Shown here one piece after another: positions 1-13,958 of a stretch of DNA of 64,000 nt. The notes under the pieces are model-generated. The model was not told the DNA's origin. It did not search any database and was given only the letters and a program-made list of their open reading frames with translations. Source of the stretch: Oikopleura dioica. Taxonomy: Eukaryota > Animalia > Chordata. The stretch spans positions 2,108,001-2,172,000 of the forward strand of contig OU015567.1 in assembly GCA_907165135.1 (NCBI GenBank). The letters are read 5' to 3'. Made by a program: the position numbers and the translations under genes. Within the stretch, counting starts at the first letter, position 1. Each line of letters opens with the position of its first letter.

Positions 1-2
1 AA

Positions 3-3000
3 ATCGAAGTCGTTACGACGAGTAGTCCACAATCAGAAGATGTCGATCCCATTATATTCGACAGCGGCAGTATATTTACGACAGCAAACTACTATTATGG
101 TGGTGAATCTGAAACTGTTGCTCCTATTGTCGAAGAACCAGAGCCCAACGAAACGACCTCAACGACAAGTACAACTAGAACATCGACAGCAACAACCACA
201 ACCACAGAAAAAACAACAACATCAACAACTTCTTCTGCTTCGACGACAACAACTCCAAAGAAAACAACCGCCTCAGTTATCGAAGAAATTGATGCGGACG
301 AGACAGAAGCTGAAGATACATTCAGTAGCTCAAGCTCATCCTCGATCTCATCATCCTCGGAATCATCGACAAGCGAAAGCTCTCAACCTTGCGAATGTTC
401 TGAAGAGTCTTCTTCTCCTTGTAGCTGCGTTTCTGAGTTCATTGAAGAACCAGACCCAGACCATTCGGCTCCGATTCTTGACTGTGATATCCTCAGTGGT
501 GAGCGATGTGCCCCTGAGACGACAACGGAGATTCCAGAAATCGAGACAACACCAGAAGACCTTGAAGCGACCACTGAAAGCTCTCCAGATTATTACACAG
601 CCACAGAAGTGATTTGTAACACAACTGAAATTGAGGAAATCGATGAAACCACAATGGAACTCGCTATCGAGACCACTCCCGAACCTCTGATCGAGACGAC
701 GACGAAAGAATCAGGTCCTGATTTCATTACAGTTCTCGATTGCAACACCACGGAATCTCCTGAGAATCCAGTTACAACACCGATGACAATTGAGACCACA
801 ATGGCAGAAATAATTGAAACCACCGTCGCGGAAATAGCCGAAACGACTCAACCAAAACTCGAAACTTCCTTCGTCACGGAGCTTGACTGCGACACAATTG
901 AGCCTACAGAAGCTCCTGACTGTAATTGTGAAGATGACGAGTGTCCAAATGTTTGTCCACCAGAGTGTGATAGTCCGCAGTGCGCACCGAAGCCAAACTG
1001 TGATAATTCTCCAAATTGTAATCCCGAGGATATTGAATCTACAACCGAGCCTGACAATGGTTTAACATTCGAACTGACAACTGCTGAGCCAGCTGGACCA
1101 TATGTAACTTACTTCGACAACCAAGGACCGCTTGTTACGACTGAAGGTCCTCCAGGTCCACCAGAAGAGCCAGAACTCTGCGTCGAGCCATGGTCGGAAT
1201 GGTCTCCCTGTGATTGTATTGAAGAAAGATCGATGCGATCAAGAGAGAGAATTTGTTTTTGTGAACTTTGTTTGGAAGATCTTTTCGAAGAAGAAATTTG
1301 CACTGAGCCTTGTGAGGTAGGAAAAGCCTCCAAAAATAAAAAAAGAAATTCATCAGTTTCAGGAAGCCAAGCCAACAACAGCAAGTCCAAAGCCAAGTAC
1401 GAGTGAGCCCAATCCAACCACTTCAAAATTAGAACCAATTAGAACAACTATTAGCATGGGAACGAGTATAACTACAAATCGCATGGAATTGCCCGTCAAT
1501 TCAGACTTACCTACCCTAGCAAAGTTAACCACTTCTCACACAATTAGCACCAGTACTGAAGACGATTCCACCACTCGGCAAAGTACCAACGTAAGTGCAA
1601 ATCGTTTACCGCGCTGATGACAGGTTCGGTTAGAGCTTGACATTCAACTTCTTTTTTTAGCACGAAACATGGACAGCCAATTCGAATGATGATTTATACG
1701 ATGCTTCGACTTGGCCGTCGTCCAGTCCTGAGACTGACGCCTTGTCCACAGTGACGGAATATTGGACAGAAAGTGGATTAACAAGTTCGCCCGACACGAC
1801 CTTTGCGCCCTTGATGGAGACAACGATGACTCACCTCGATGAGTTGGAAGCAACGACAAAAATAGCCACAACTCCAAGTCCAAGTTTTTCGCTGGAAACA
1901 ACCCAAAAGACGATATTGGAAAAGACTGATCGATGGTCAACGGAGGCAATCACAGATGATGAAGAGGATGATTGTAATTGCGATGATTTCGAAGCATCCG
2001 GAGATGACGAGTCTGGCTCTGGATACAAATCATGTTGTAAAATCAGTCCGACAATTTTACCTAGAGAGCCCATTATTGAAGAGTCGACTACTGAGTTGGA
2101 TGTTTTTGCAGAAACAACTGAAGGATTTCAAACTGAGTCTCCCTTCGTTGAAATAACGACTCAAGACATCAGTTTTACTACGCAATCTGCTTTAGAAACT
2201 TCACTGCCAAATGAATCTACAACTGAAGAATACATCACTGTTTGGGACTGCAATACAACTGAATCCGCCGACGATCAGACACCGTTTTCGGATGAAACAA
2301 CCGCATATTCTACAACTGAACTTGAGTTCAGTTCGGGTCAATCTATTGAGCAAACAACGATCCCAGTTCAAACAAGTTCCACCATTCAGCCCACTGGAAA
2401 CTGCGATGGGAAATGTGGAGAAGAAATTCCATTACCAAAGACGACGGAAATCCCTGATTGTCAGGAATGCGAAACAGAAGATGAAGACAGCGAACCAAAA
2501 ACGTCTTCCGCGGAAGTGACAACATCGATCACGACAACGGATTCTGATTGCAATTGTGATGAAGAAGAAAATTGCATCCATTCAAACTCATCATCATCTT
2601 CAACGTCATCTCAGAAAATATCAACTACAACAGTAACAACATCAACAACAACGCGTTCAACTAAGTCAGAATCAACAACATCGACATCAGCATCAACAAA
2701 ATCCCCGCTCACCGAAAAATCAAAAGACTGCGAATGTACTGAGAAACATGGATGCGACGCTGCTCCTGATAAAACATCAACATCAACTGTTCACTCAAAA
2801 GAGGAAACGTCGACAACAACCTCAACGAAGCAAATGTCAACAACGACATCAGCAACAATCTCAACTCCAAATATATCAGAAGACTGTGATTGCAAAAATA
2901 ATTCCGACTGCGAATGCCAACCCGTCACAACTACAGATTATATCGAGATTACAACGACTCCGACAGAAGAAAGTTCAACAACAACAACAACATCAACTAC

Positions 3001-6000
3001 AACATCATCAACTACAACATCATCAACTACAACAACATCAACAACAACCACAACAAAGCCTGAATTGATATCCATCCCTGGACGCCCAGACATCATTATT
3101 GGAAACAACAACAACGAGCAAGTCACAAGTGGATCCAATCTCATAAGTCCACCTCTTGAGCCAACTGCAAGCGCTCCCGAAGGTGTCGGAATCAAAAAGA
3201 TCCAAGCTTCCTGCTCCTGCCTGGCTCTGAATGAAAAATTCCTTGGCTGATACAAATACCAAATCTCATAAATTCGCTCCGGTTCATCCCAATGCAGCAA
3301 AATCGCAATACTAGTGCATGTTTTTACTAAAAACCAATTTCACCTTTTTCAGTCGATCAAACATTTTCTAAAGATACATTTAGCGTGCGACAAAGGCAAT
3401 TGGGAACCATGGGGTCCTTGTTCAACAACTTGTGGTGAAGAGGGAACTCGAACCCGTAAGAGACCATGCGGAAGCGGTTGTGACGCGGATAAAGAAGATG
3501 AAAGGCCGGAGGAAACTGGGCCTTGTGATGCAAGGTAAAAAAGACTCACTTAGCATAGGATACAAAAAATATTAGCGATTGCGCGCCCTGTCCTAAGAAA
3601 GAATGCGATTGCTCTGTTCCTGCTTGCGATCGGCCAAAGGTTGTTTTTTCTTTCTTTGTGAAAGAGATATTAATAGCTCTTAGGACTGCGAATGCCCCGA
3701 TGAGCTGAAAGAAATGTGTGCATGGACTGAATGGTCCGGCTTCTGCGGCTGCAGTGCATCCTGTGATGAAGGCATCCAAGCTCGAACGCGAAAATGCTTT
3801 TGTGGAGATGAGGAAGCCATCGGTTTGCCCCAGCCTGGTTGCGAAGGAGAACCCCAAGAGGAAGTTCCTTGTAATGAGGGACCATGTGACCCAACCGAAA
3901 ATTGCTTGGAAAATGGTCTTGTTTGCAGTCCAGGTAAACTTTTCCTTTCAACCCCGTTAATTTTTGGAAATTCGTCTCGAGAACTTGATATTACGCAACA
4001 GTTATCAAGAGAACGCACGTTCTTTTCGCGTTTTTCCTCACAAAAAAGAGCTCTCGAGAGTTCTAGACCAAGCATTTTTCATAATTCTGACATAAACCTT
4101 TCTTACAAAAATTTTCGTAATTATTTTTAATCGATGACTATACCCTTAAAGGTCAATGGTCTGATTTCGGCCCTTGCGATGCTCCTTGTGGCGAAACTAG
4201 ACAGCAAACTCGAGAACGATCTTGTGAATGTCCCGAAGGAATCCCAGCTGATCACGAAGAGTGTGGCTGTGGAGAAACCTCCGAGTGCAAAACTTGCCGT
4301 GGCGAATGCGACAATAATCCCGAACCCTGGACAAGTTGGTCTCCTTGTGAGTGCGAAATGGAGAACCCTGAGCGATCGCGCTTCCGAGAATGCGACAGTT
4401 GCGATGACTCTGTGCCTCTTGTTGAGACTGAGACCTGTCCACCGGTAAATAAATAATTCTGTCGTCTTGTCGATTTACTTTTAACCTATCAGGGCGAGTG
4501 TGTTCCTGAAATGAGTCTGGACGACTGCTTGGGCGATTGGGAAGATTGGGGACCATGCGATGCTGTTTGCGGCGTTGGTACTCGAACACGAGAACGTCCT
4601 TGCAAGTGTGGCCAACCAGGCTGCCCTGGTTGTGAGGAAACGAGCGAAGAAGAAGAATGTATCGGTGATCAAGAACCTTGCGAAGCCGGGCCTTGGTCGG
4701 AATTCGGCGAGTGTGATGCTAAATGCGACGAGCCTGGCCAGCAGTTCCGAAATAGAGAGTGCTTCTGTCCACCCGGAATCGACGAGGACCATCCCGATTG
4801 TGGATGTGAGAGCACTTCTGAATGTAAATCGTGCATTGGCAACTGCAACTGCCCAACAGAGTGGGAGCCATGGGGCCCCTGCGACGGTGTTTGTGACGGA
4901 TTTTAGAAAGACTGGGAATTAGATTTATTATAACTTCCCGGGTCTTTCTAAATCCGATTCTAGCGGATCGGGATACCGCGAGCGAGTGCGATACAACCCT
5001 TGCGACCCGAACCCAGATGCTCCTCCAGAAGTTCTTACTGAACCCTGTGCCGAAGAGCCAATTATGTGCGTTGCTTCTGAATGGAGCGAATTCGGCGAGT
5101 GCGATGCTGAGTGCGACGGATTTGGACAAATGACCAGAAGCAGAGAATGCGCTTGCCCAGAAGGAGCAGATGAGGATGATGAAGAATGCGGCTGTGGGTG
5201 AGTTTGAACCTGTTTTTCACTTTTTATTTTGTTGAATAGTGAACTGACCGAATGCAAATCTTGCCAAGGCAAGCCATGCAACTGCTGGGGCGAATGGGCT
5301 CCTTGGTCTCCATGTGACGGTCCATGTGGCGGTGGAGTTAGAACTCGAGAATCTCAAAACATTTGCGATGAAGGTGTCGAGCCAAAGATTGAGGAAGAAG
5401 AGTGCGAAGAAATCAGTAAGTTTCCATCATTTACGCATTAAATTCAGACGCTCTTTAGTTTGCACGCCTGGAGAATGGTCTGAATGGACTGAGTGCGATG
5501 CCGAGCCTGGCGAGTACGGTCAGAAATTCCGTGAGCGCGATTGCACTTGCCCACCTGGTGGCGACGAACTCAACCCCGATTGCGGCTGTGGAGATTTGAA
5601 AGAATGCTTGAGCTGCAAGGGTGAGTCACTTTGTGAATGGTCACCCTGGTCTGAGCCCAAAGCGCCATGCACTGCTACTTGTGGTGGCGGAACTCAACCA
5701 CGTGATCGAACTTGCAACGAAAGACCAAAGTCATTCGAGTCGCCAGAGGCCCCTCGACGAACCTGTGAAAAAATCCCCGATATTGAAGAAGGCTGCCCTG
5801 GTGCTTTTACTGAACAGACTCCCTGCTCATTTGATGCTTGTCCTCCAAAATGCGAATTTGGAGAATGGAGCTGCTGGTCTGAATGCAGTGCTACTTGCGG
5901 CGGTGGAAAAATGTCACGTGAACGACCATGCAACTGTCCCGAAGGAGTTCCAGAATCTGAATGCGAAAACAATGGGCAGTGCGATGGCGAGCCTATCGAA

Positions 6001-9000
6001 GGTTAAATTGAAAAAAAATGTTTCACTCTTTATTTTTTTAATTCTAGAGCAAGATTGCAATACAGATGTCACTTGCCCTCCTGACTGTGAATTTGGCGAC
6101 GACTGGGCCCCATGGGGTCCATGCACAACCACTTGCGGCCCTGGATCTCGTCAACGAGAGAAAGAATGTGACTGTAAGAGCTCAGACAGCTGCGACGGTT
6201 GCGAAGTACCCGAAGGATCCAATCCTGATGACTTCCTCGAGACTGGTGACTGCCCGAACGCTCCATGTACTTGCTGGGGAGACTGGGCTCCATGGAGCGA
6301 GTGCCCCAACAGTTGTGGAACTGACACTAGAACTCGAGAGCGACCTTGCATTTGCGAAGATGAGGACTGCAACGAAGAAGACAACATCGAGCAAGAACTC
6401 TGTCCTGGTGACTCTTGCATGTGGTCTTGCTGGTCCGAGTGGACCGAGTGTCTCGGCGGCGTGAACTCGTTGGAGGGACCTCCCTGTGGCGAGTCAACTA
6501 AGAAGAGAACTCGAACTTGCGACTGCCCACCTGGTGTCGATGAGTCCGAGTGCGGATGTGAAGGACCTTCGGAAGAAGAAGAACCTTGTGATCTTGGATC
6601 TTGCGAAGACCGTAAGTAAAACACTAGATAATATGCATGAGACCGAAATGAAATTGACTTTCATTTGCTCTTACTTACCATGACAATAGTCTGCTACACT
6701 CAATGGAGTCCGTGGTCGCCGTGCGGCGAGTGCGGCGGCCTTAGCACGCGCGAACGCGAATGCATGTGCGACGCCGAGTGGTGCCAGTTCACCACTACGG
6801 AGATGAACGAGTGCCCTGATTTTAAGTGCAAACCAGGCACGGGCTCACTTCACTTTATAAATAATAATGAACATATTATTTATAATCTCAAACATTCAAA
6901 AAGCCTCGTAAACAGGTCAGTGGTCTGACTGGTCACCTTGCACGGCCACGTGTGGTCCGCGGGCGATTATGACCAAAACCAGGGATTGCAATTGCCCCGA
7001 GGGCGCGAATCCCATCGCCTGCGGCTGTGACCAAGATCTGGTCAAAGAACGCAAATGCCCTAATGTTCCGGATGAATGTCCCCCAGGTGACATTTTTGAC
7101 TGCATGTTTTCGTAATCCTTGTTGATTTCAATTAACAGTCCATTTCATTATAATAACAAAACGATAAAAAACTTGTGGTTGAAAGAAAATTGATAAATAA
7201 AACTTCTCAATTTTTATTCAACAACAATGAGTTTGTAAGTATAACCTTTAGAGTGCACCGACTGGTGCAACTGGTCTGAGTGCGAGTGCAAGACCGGTCA
7301 GCAAACTCGTGTTCGAGAATGCGATGAGAATGTCTGCCAAGGCCGTGAAGAAACACCAGAGTGCCAGGAACGCGAGGATCGAACTTGCCCAGATGGATCT
7401 TGCGACAAGCCCAACTGCGGATGGACTGAATGGTGTTCTTGGTCCGATTGCGATGTGACATGCGGTAGTGGTGGAACACGCGTCCGCACTAGAAACTGCG
7501 ACTGCGAGGACGAGTGCAGCCAAGACGAGCGCGACGAGGGATGCCCAGGAGATGCCATTGAAGAGGAGCCTTGCGTCGAGGTAAAAAGACTACGACTAAA
7601 ATGGCCTTTTTGACACATAAACTTAAGGTTCCTCCCTGCGATTTCGGTAAGTTCACAGAACGCGAAGAACTGCGCCGCAGTTGCCGCGGTGCTCACTGCG
7701 CACGCAGCCCCTAATAGTCTCGCCACCAGCTCCCTAACTCGTCGCTCACCAATAAAAAAAATCGCGTAAAAGCTAAATTAACCCAGCACCAGAACATGAA
7801 TCAAAGATCAGAAATTTGAATTTCATTTTATGCACCGTCTGAATTTACCATCTCACTATCTCACTGTACTTCTATTAGTACGGATTATTCACACCGTCAC
7901 TGTAAATATCTTCTAACAAATTAGGATTCATCAATTTTTGTAAAACTGCATGCTCTCGAAGCTCAAATCTCAAGAATTGAGCTTCACTATCATCTCATAT
8001 CAGTATCTCATGTTTTACAATCATCACCCGAAGGATTTCATATCCTTATTCAAATTAATTCCTAACCAAAGAACAACCATCTGACGCCCCATAGTTTTCT
8101 CTAACCTGAGCTCATTTTCAGAAGGATCGGGTGGCAATCCGCCAGTCATCGGTGAGGGAACACCAAATCTCGGACCCACAGGAAGTGGTGACGGTAATTC
8201 GCCGCTACTTCGCTAATACTTTTCTTAGTCCAATAATTTTAATGCATGGCAACAAAAATAACTTATAATTTACCCAAAAATAGAGAGTAATATTGCTTAT
8301 GCGTTTGAAAACTGGACAAAAGTCATGACTCATGCTCATATCATTTGAACTCATGATCATGAACTCACTAATATCAATAGATGAAGACGTGTATAAACTG
8401 TATTCTCAGACTCAGGTGTGGATTCTGAATGTGGAGAAGACGAAGATTGTAATGGCGACAGTGAGTGTACTGGACCTGATTGCTCTGGCACCACCAATTA
8501 TGACGGCAATCCACCTCTAGGTACTACTAGCAATAATTTTTAACAGAAACAAACAAAAAATCTAAACAACTCAAAACTCAAAACTCAACTCCTAACAAAA
8601 GCATCATAAAACTGAAAAAACAACACGAAATAACGGCATGAATCAATCAACAACTGAAATCTACTGAAAACGACCATATCGCTACTGAAGAAAAGATCTT
8701 CAAAAGCAGCTAAATCGACCAACTAAACCAATAAACGAGAAAAATCCTTCTCAACTCACTTCTAAGAACCTGAGCCTGAGTGCGAAGAAACACTTGGCCC
8801 ATGGTGCGATTGGTCCGATTGCATGGAGTACGAAGATGACAATCCTTACTTTGAAGGACAGTGCTTCCAGTCGAGATCGAGAGAATGCCTCTGTGGAGAT
8901 TGCGCAGATGAGGAAGTCATTGAGACGGAACCCTGCCCTTGTCCAGATGATGATGCCCCTGAGTGTGAAAACGATGATTGTGCACCAGAAGGATCTGGAA

Positions 9001-11962
9001 GCGAACCGTGTCCAGATGACAATTGTCCTGAAGGCTCTGGAGAAGCTCCAGAAGAAGCCCCAGAAGACTGTGATGATGAAAAGGAAGCACCACCGGTTGA
9101 TGAGTGTCCCGAGGGATCTCCATGCAATGATAAAGAAGAGTGTCCAGAAGGATCTCCTTGCGATGAAAATGATGAGTGTCCAGAGGGATCTCCGTGCGAT
9201 GATGATGATGAAGCTCCGGAACTCCCATCAGGTGATGGCGGGGATGAAGAATGCGACGAAAACACTGGTTGTGATGAAGGCAGTGGAGCACCACCGATCA
9301 TCGATCTTGATACAACCCCTCTTCCTCCACCAACTACAACTTCGGCTGAAGAAACTGAGCCTCCCTGTGACAACAACGATAATGGAGGCTGCTCGTGGAA
9401 CGAATGGTGTGGTTGGTCAGAATGCGTCGGAGGTGGGCCACCTGATTGTTTCCGCGTAAGAGTTAGAACTTGCGATTGCCCAACGCCTTGCCCTGGAGAA
9501 GATATTGAGAAAGAGCCGTGTCCGTGCCCTGAATGCTCAAGTGATAATCCAGACAGGCCGCCTGATTGCGATGCTGACTGTACTCCGGGTCCAGCTACTG
9601 AAGTGACACCGGAAGACTTGACAACTCCTCAAATTCAAGAATACCTCTCCACTGTTCCACCAACCATGCTCACTACAGCTCCCCCAACCGACGATTTCGA
9701 CGGATCAGGAGACTGTGATGATGATGATTGTACGATGGAGGGATCAAGTGATATTCCTTGCAGAGATTGCCCTGATTGCGAAGGCTGTGTGCCCAGCAGT
9801 GGAGATGGAAGTGACAACGAATGTCCATCAACTCCTTGGGCTGAGTGGACAGAGTGCTCTTGCGAGAATAACCAGCGAGAGCGTTTCCGAGGATGTGTTG
9901 AAGATGGACTCTGCACTTGCCCGGATATTGTTGAGAGCGAGCCGTGCCCAGAGGAGGAGTTGACTGAGTGTACTTTTAATAGAAATAATTTTTCTCACGT
10001 TCTTATTTGTTTTTCAGGCACTTGCGAGTTTGACGAATGGTGTCCTTGGAGCGAATGTACAAAACCATGCAATGGGGGAACAATGACAAGATCTAGAAAT
10101 TGCCCTTGCGGTAATTGCGATGGAGACGCTTACGAAGTGCAAGATTGCAATACCCAGTGTTGTCGTAAGTTTGATGAGTTTTAATTCAATAGAGCAATAG
10201 AGAGCGATGCGCTTGTTAATTTTATTTTTCCATCAGTAACAGTGGCGCATTAAAAATACACAAAATTGCGAATTTTCTGTAAATTTATGGTTGTTTTTAT
10301 TGAAATTGTCTCAATCAATATTTTAGCGGATCTTCCAGAAGCCCCCGAAGATGGTCGCTACTGTTCTTCTCGAATCAACTACAGAACAAAAGAACCAGCT
10401 GTCTGTTGTGATGAGCGAAATGACGACTGTACTTTTGACATGGGCGATGGGGTGAGATAACTTGAAAAAAAACTAATCTCAAAAAAAAAATTCTAGCGTA
10501 AGTGCTTCTGTGACAACTATTGCGCTCGTGAAGAGTCCGACTGTTGCCCCGACTATGCCGAGACCTGCCTAGATATACCACCAACAGCTCTTCCACCTCC
10601 TGTCTACACAACTCGCGAGCCATGTAGGAATTCGACAACGAGTGAATCTATGTGTGACACGAACGCTTGAGATATTGACTTCCTTTTTTAATCCTCCAGT
10701 TGCTCTCGATTTTGAGAGATTCTGACGGATTAAAATAGGATCACTTTTGTGTGCTTTTGTGTGATAACGACTTGAAATTTGCGGTAAGATAATTTACAAT
10801 TACAAAAAGAAACCATTGATCCGTTTAACCCCGCAATTTTGAATGCATGACCTTGATTTTAACTATTTTGAAAACATTTTTCAAAATGTGTCTTCCATGA
10901 TCTCAAACCATTTATAAATCCAAATCATTTTTAGCTCTTGACCTCGATTCCCCTACCGGCCCCTGTTACGATTCAACAGGCACGCGCATTGTGCCTATCT
11001 CTACTGAAACCCGCGAAAACTGCAACTCCTGCCGTTGCCGCTTGCAACCAGACGGTTCGCTCCGCTTCTCCTGCGATACCAACATCTGCCTCATCGATCC
11101 TGAACTGATTGCAACCGTCAACGCTGCTGACCGCCAAGACGCAACTTCTTGGACGGCTGGCAATTACTCTTTCTTTTGGGGAAAGACCTTGAACCATGGA
11201 TATCGCAATTATCTTGGAACAGCGCCCCCAAGCGACTTTGCCGAAGCTTGCGAGACTCTCGAAGTTACCGAGCTTCCATCTTCTTTCGACTTTACTTCTC
11301 CAGCTGATCACGTGATCCCTCAAAACCTCCACCAAGAAGACTGCGGCGCATCATTTGCTTTCTCATTCTTCAATCTCGTGAATTTCAAACTCTTATCGAC
11401 GAATCAGCGCGCTTTCCACGGCGATGTTCTCGAGGTCTTAAAATCTTGTGGAAATGGCTGCATTCCTGGTGATGTTCTCGACATTCATCATGCTGCCAAG
11501 ACTGGTTTCTGGCCTGATTCCGACGGAAGCAACGTCTGCCCGATGTTCGATTCCTGTGTCCGAGTTTCGGGTGCAAAACGACTCGCCTGCGTTGACGACA
11601 TCAAACGTGAGGTCCTCACCGTTGGCCCCGTCATTGCGTACTTGAACGTGTCCCGCGACTTCTTCGTCTACCAGGATGGAATCTACTCGCCAACAGTTCA
11701 AACACCCGCCACTCAAACTAATAGCCAACTCCACAGTGTGGTCCTCGTTGGCTGGGGCGAGGGATACTGGCTCGCGCGCAACTCCTGGGGTGACGACTCA
11801 CGTGACAACGAGAGCGCCTGGGGCATGTGTCTCAACGATGGCGGGCGCGAGCGATGCGGCTTTGTCAAACTCGCCAGTGGCATCATCGATTCTAGTTACG
11901 TCGTGACAATTCCAGTGGATACAAGCGATTGCGATCACTCTGGAGAATACAACGAGTCGTAA
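3..11962 (+). CDS. Giant multi-exon extracellular protein, 5'-partial: Thr/Ser/Glu mucin-like tracts, ~24 TSP1-like repeats, C-terminal SMB + TINAG-like inactive papain domain
   Basis: Frame is open from nt 3 to the donor at 1317. Successive exons join in phase by short introns (e.g. 1317-1362, 1591-1660, 3183-3383, 9970-10017, 10165-10326, 10624-10934). Repeated WxxWxxC...CG.G...R.R motifs. Terminal exon 10935-11962 has papain motifs and ends at TAA 11962. Confidence 0.85.
10327..11962 (+). other. TINAG/TINAGL1-like module (somatomedin-B-like Cys domain + cathepsin-B-like pseudoprotease) at the end of the large gene
   Basis: CC.ERNDDC...KCFCDNYC...SDCCPDY..TC; ENCNSCRC...CDTNICL.DP; W.AGNYSFFWGKTL; QEDCGASFAFS (catalytic Cys replaced by Ser, codon 11351-11353); HSVVLVGWG; WLARNSWG. 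Confidence 0.9.
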
Positions 11963-13716
11963 AGAAACTCTTACAAATCAACAAAAAACAAGCTCTCCCT
12001 CAGTCTGGTAGACGATTCCGCCCTTCTGAAGTTCAAAAAACCCACAGCTGTGCGCGAGCGCGAATTGCGACAACCATAAAAATGCGAGCAAGGCGAATAA
12101 AAAAAATGCGAATGACCCTCTTTGCGAAAAATCAAGGAAGATAACATGGACGAAAATGGACATTTCTATCGCCGTTCTTTTTTTCCGAGCGACTAACATG
12201 TGTCTCAAAAACAGTTATTTTTTTCTGTCTAACCAATCAACTGATCCTCTTCTTTTCTGACCTCCAACCTTTACCATTTTTAACCTTACCAAGCGACCTC
12301 AACGCAGCGCCGAGGTCCCTTTGCGCCCCGTTTTTTTACCCCGAGCTATCTGCGAAAACTCGACTACTGTATATTCCTGTACAATTCGAATGAAAACCTA
12401 GACTGTTCAAAAGTTCTGCTTCTGTCCGCTTGACGGCGCCCGCGTGTCACCTGCATCTGCCAGCGATTACTGTACATTCTTTTTCTACTTTCCAAAATAG
12501 GTGACACGCAATGCGATAACCAAAACAAACAGCATAATACAAACTTAAACTTATCAAACTTATTGAAGTTATTGTCGTTTTTTATTATATAAGTTGAATG
12601 CAAGTTTATCTCCGATACGACTATTTTCTCGATATTTATGATTTTCGGATAATTCGGGCGGAATCAGCGAAGATTTTATCGATTTGTTTGACAATATCGG
12701 GAATCGTGGCCAGTTTAAAAAGTCATAATATCGCCGGTTAATTCTGAACAGAATGACGTAGGAACGCGATTTTAAAGAAAATCTTGCATTTTTCTCTTTA
12801 AAATTTCATTTTAGCAAAGGTAGCACTCTTGAAAGATAAAATATCTTCGTGAACGTGCGGGCTCGCTGCACAAATAATAATCATGGCCGGGATACGAAAA
12901 GTGGCGAGAAGCTGCATCTTTTACTTTTTCTGTTTTCCTGGCACGGGCTAGAATAAACACGATAAGCACCAAAAAGAGAGGCCGCCACTTATTTTTCGCC
13001 ACTCAGAATAGTCGTTAGCTGGCTCACCTTGAAAACAAAACGTATTCAAAAATTTTTGAATGTCTGGTCATTTATGAAGTAGACATTCGTTTATCATCGC
13101 AAAAAAACAGTCAGAAAATCATCTGTTTTTGGCCGGTCAATGGGCGGCAATTTTGACGCGAGCAATACGCTTCTAAAATGTTTTGTAATTTCTGCATGCG
13201 ACTTATTTTGGTTGAGGTTGTAATTGCGGGCGAAGGCAATGTCTGAGACAAATTCTTTCGGTCGCAGACGATCCATGTGGTCGGCTCAAGCGTTGTAACA
13301 ACTCGCGCCCAAACCCTCTTTTTAGTAAAATGGAAAGTGCTTACAATTGGTTTTTGGAAAGATCTCTCTTTTTCCCAGAATTTAACCTTTCAAAAATTAT
13401 CAAAAAAAATGTCTGACAAGTGCATCTCTAATTGTATTAGGCGCGAAATCTGTCGACGGGCGGCGCGAAATTCCGATTTCGAAAGGGTGAATCTAACCGC
13501 CGAACACGGATACCGCGGCGCCCCTTCTCCTCTTTTTGGAGATTTCGCACCGGAAGTGGCATTGACCACTCTTGGACAATGTCGGGCGGTTACAAAGTGT
13601 TAAAACACAAGTCTTTTAATCGATACACAGCGTGAGGGCTTTAGCAAACCACAGCATCGAGGGTGAAACTCGGTGTCATAAGGGAACATACTAAACCACT
13701 ACTGTATGTCTCCGTC

Positions 13717-13958
13717 AAAAAAGACCCCTGAAATATTGGGGTCCCCAATTTGGGGGGGTGTCAGGAACCGACAAAAAATTTCGACAAAATTTGCGTGGGC
13801 GGCTAGTCCGCTGCTGATTGGCCGGTTAGCCGAATCCTGGCTTCTGATTGGTTGAAAATCTCCACGAAAAATTTGTCGAAATTTTGATGTCTATTCAGAA
13901 TAGACTATTGAATAGTCACTATTCTCGGCATCTCCCCAATATTTCAGGGGTCTTTTTT
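13717..13958. repeat. MITE-like nested inverted repeat
   Basis: Perfect 25-bp inverted repeat AAAAAAGACCCCTGAAATATTGGGG at 13717-13741 / 13934-13958. Inner imperfect IR (AAAATTTCGACAAA...). Two CTGATTGG boxes in the centre. No clear TSD. Confidence 0.6.

Noticed and set aside
40-6619. Long alternative-frame ORFs (e.g. 40..612, 4560..4922, 5314..6006, 5621..6619 5' part)
   Set aside because: They are shadows of the repetitive TSP1/mucin coding frame or concatenations across introns.
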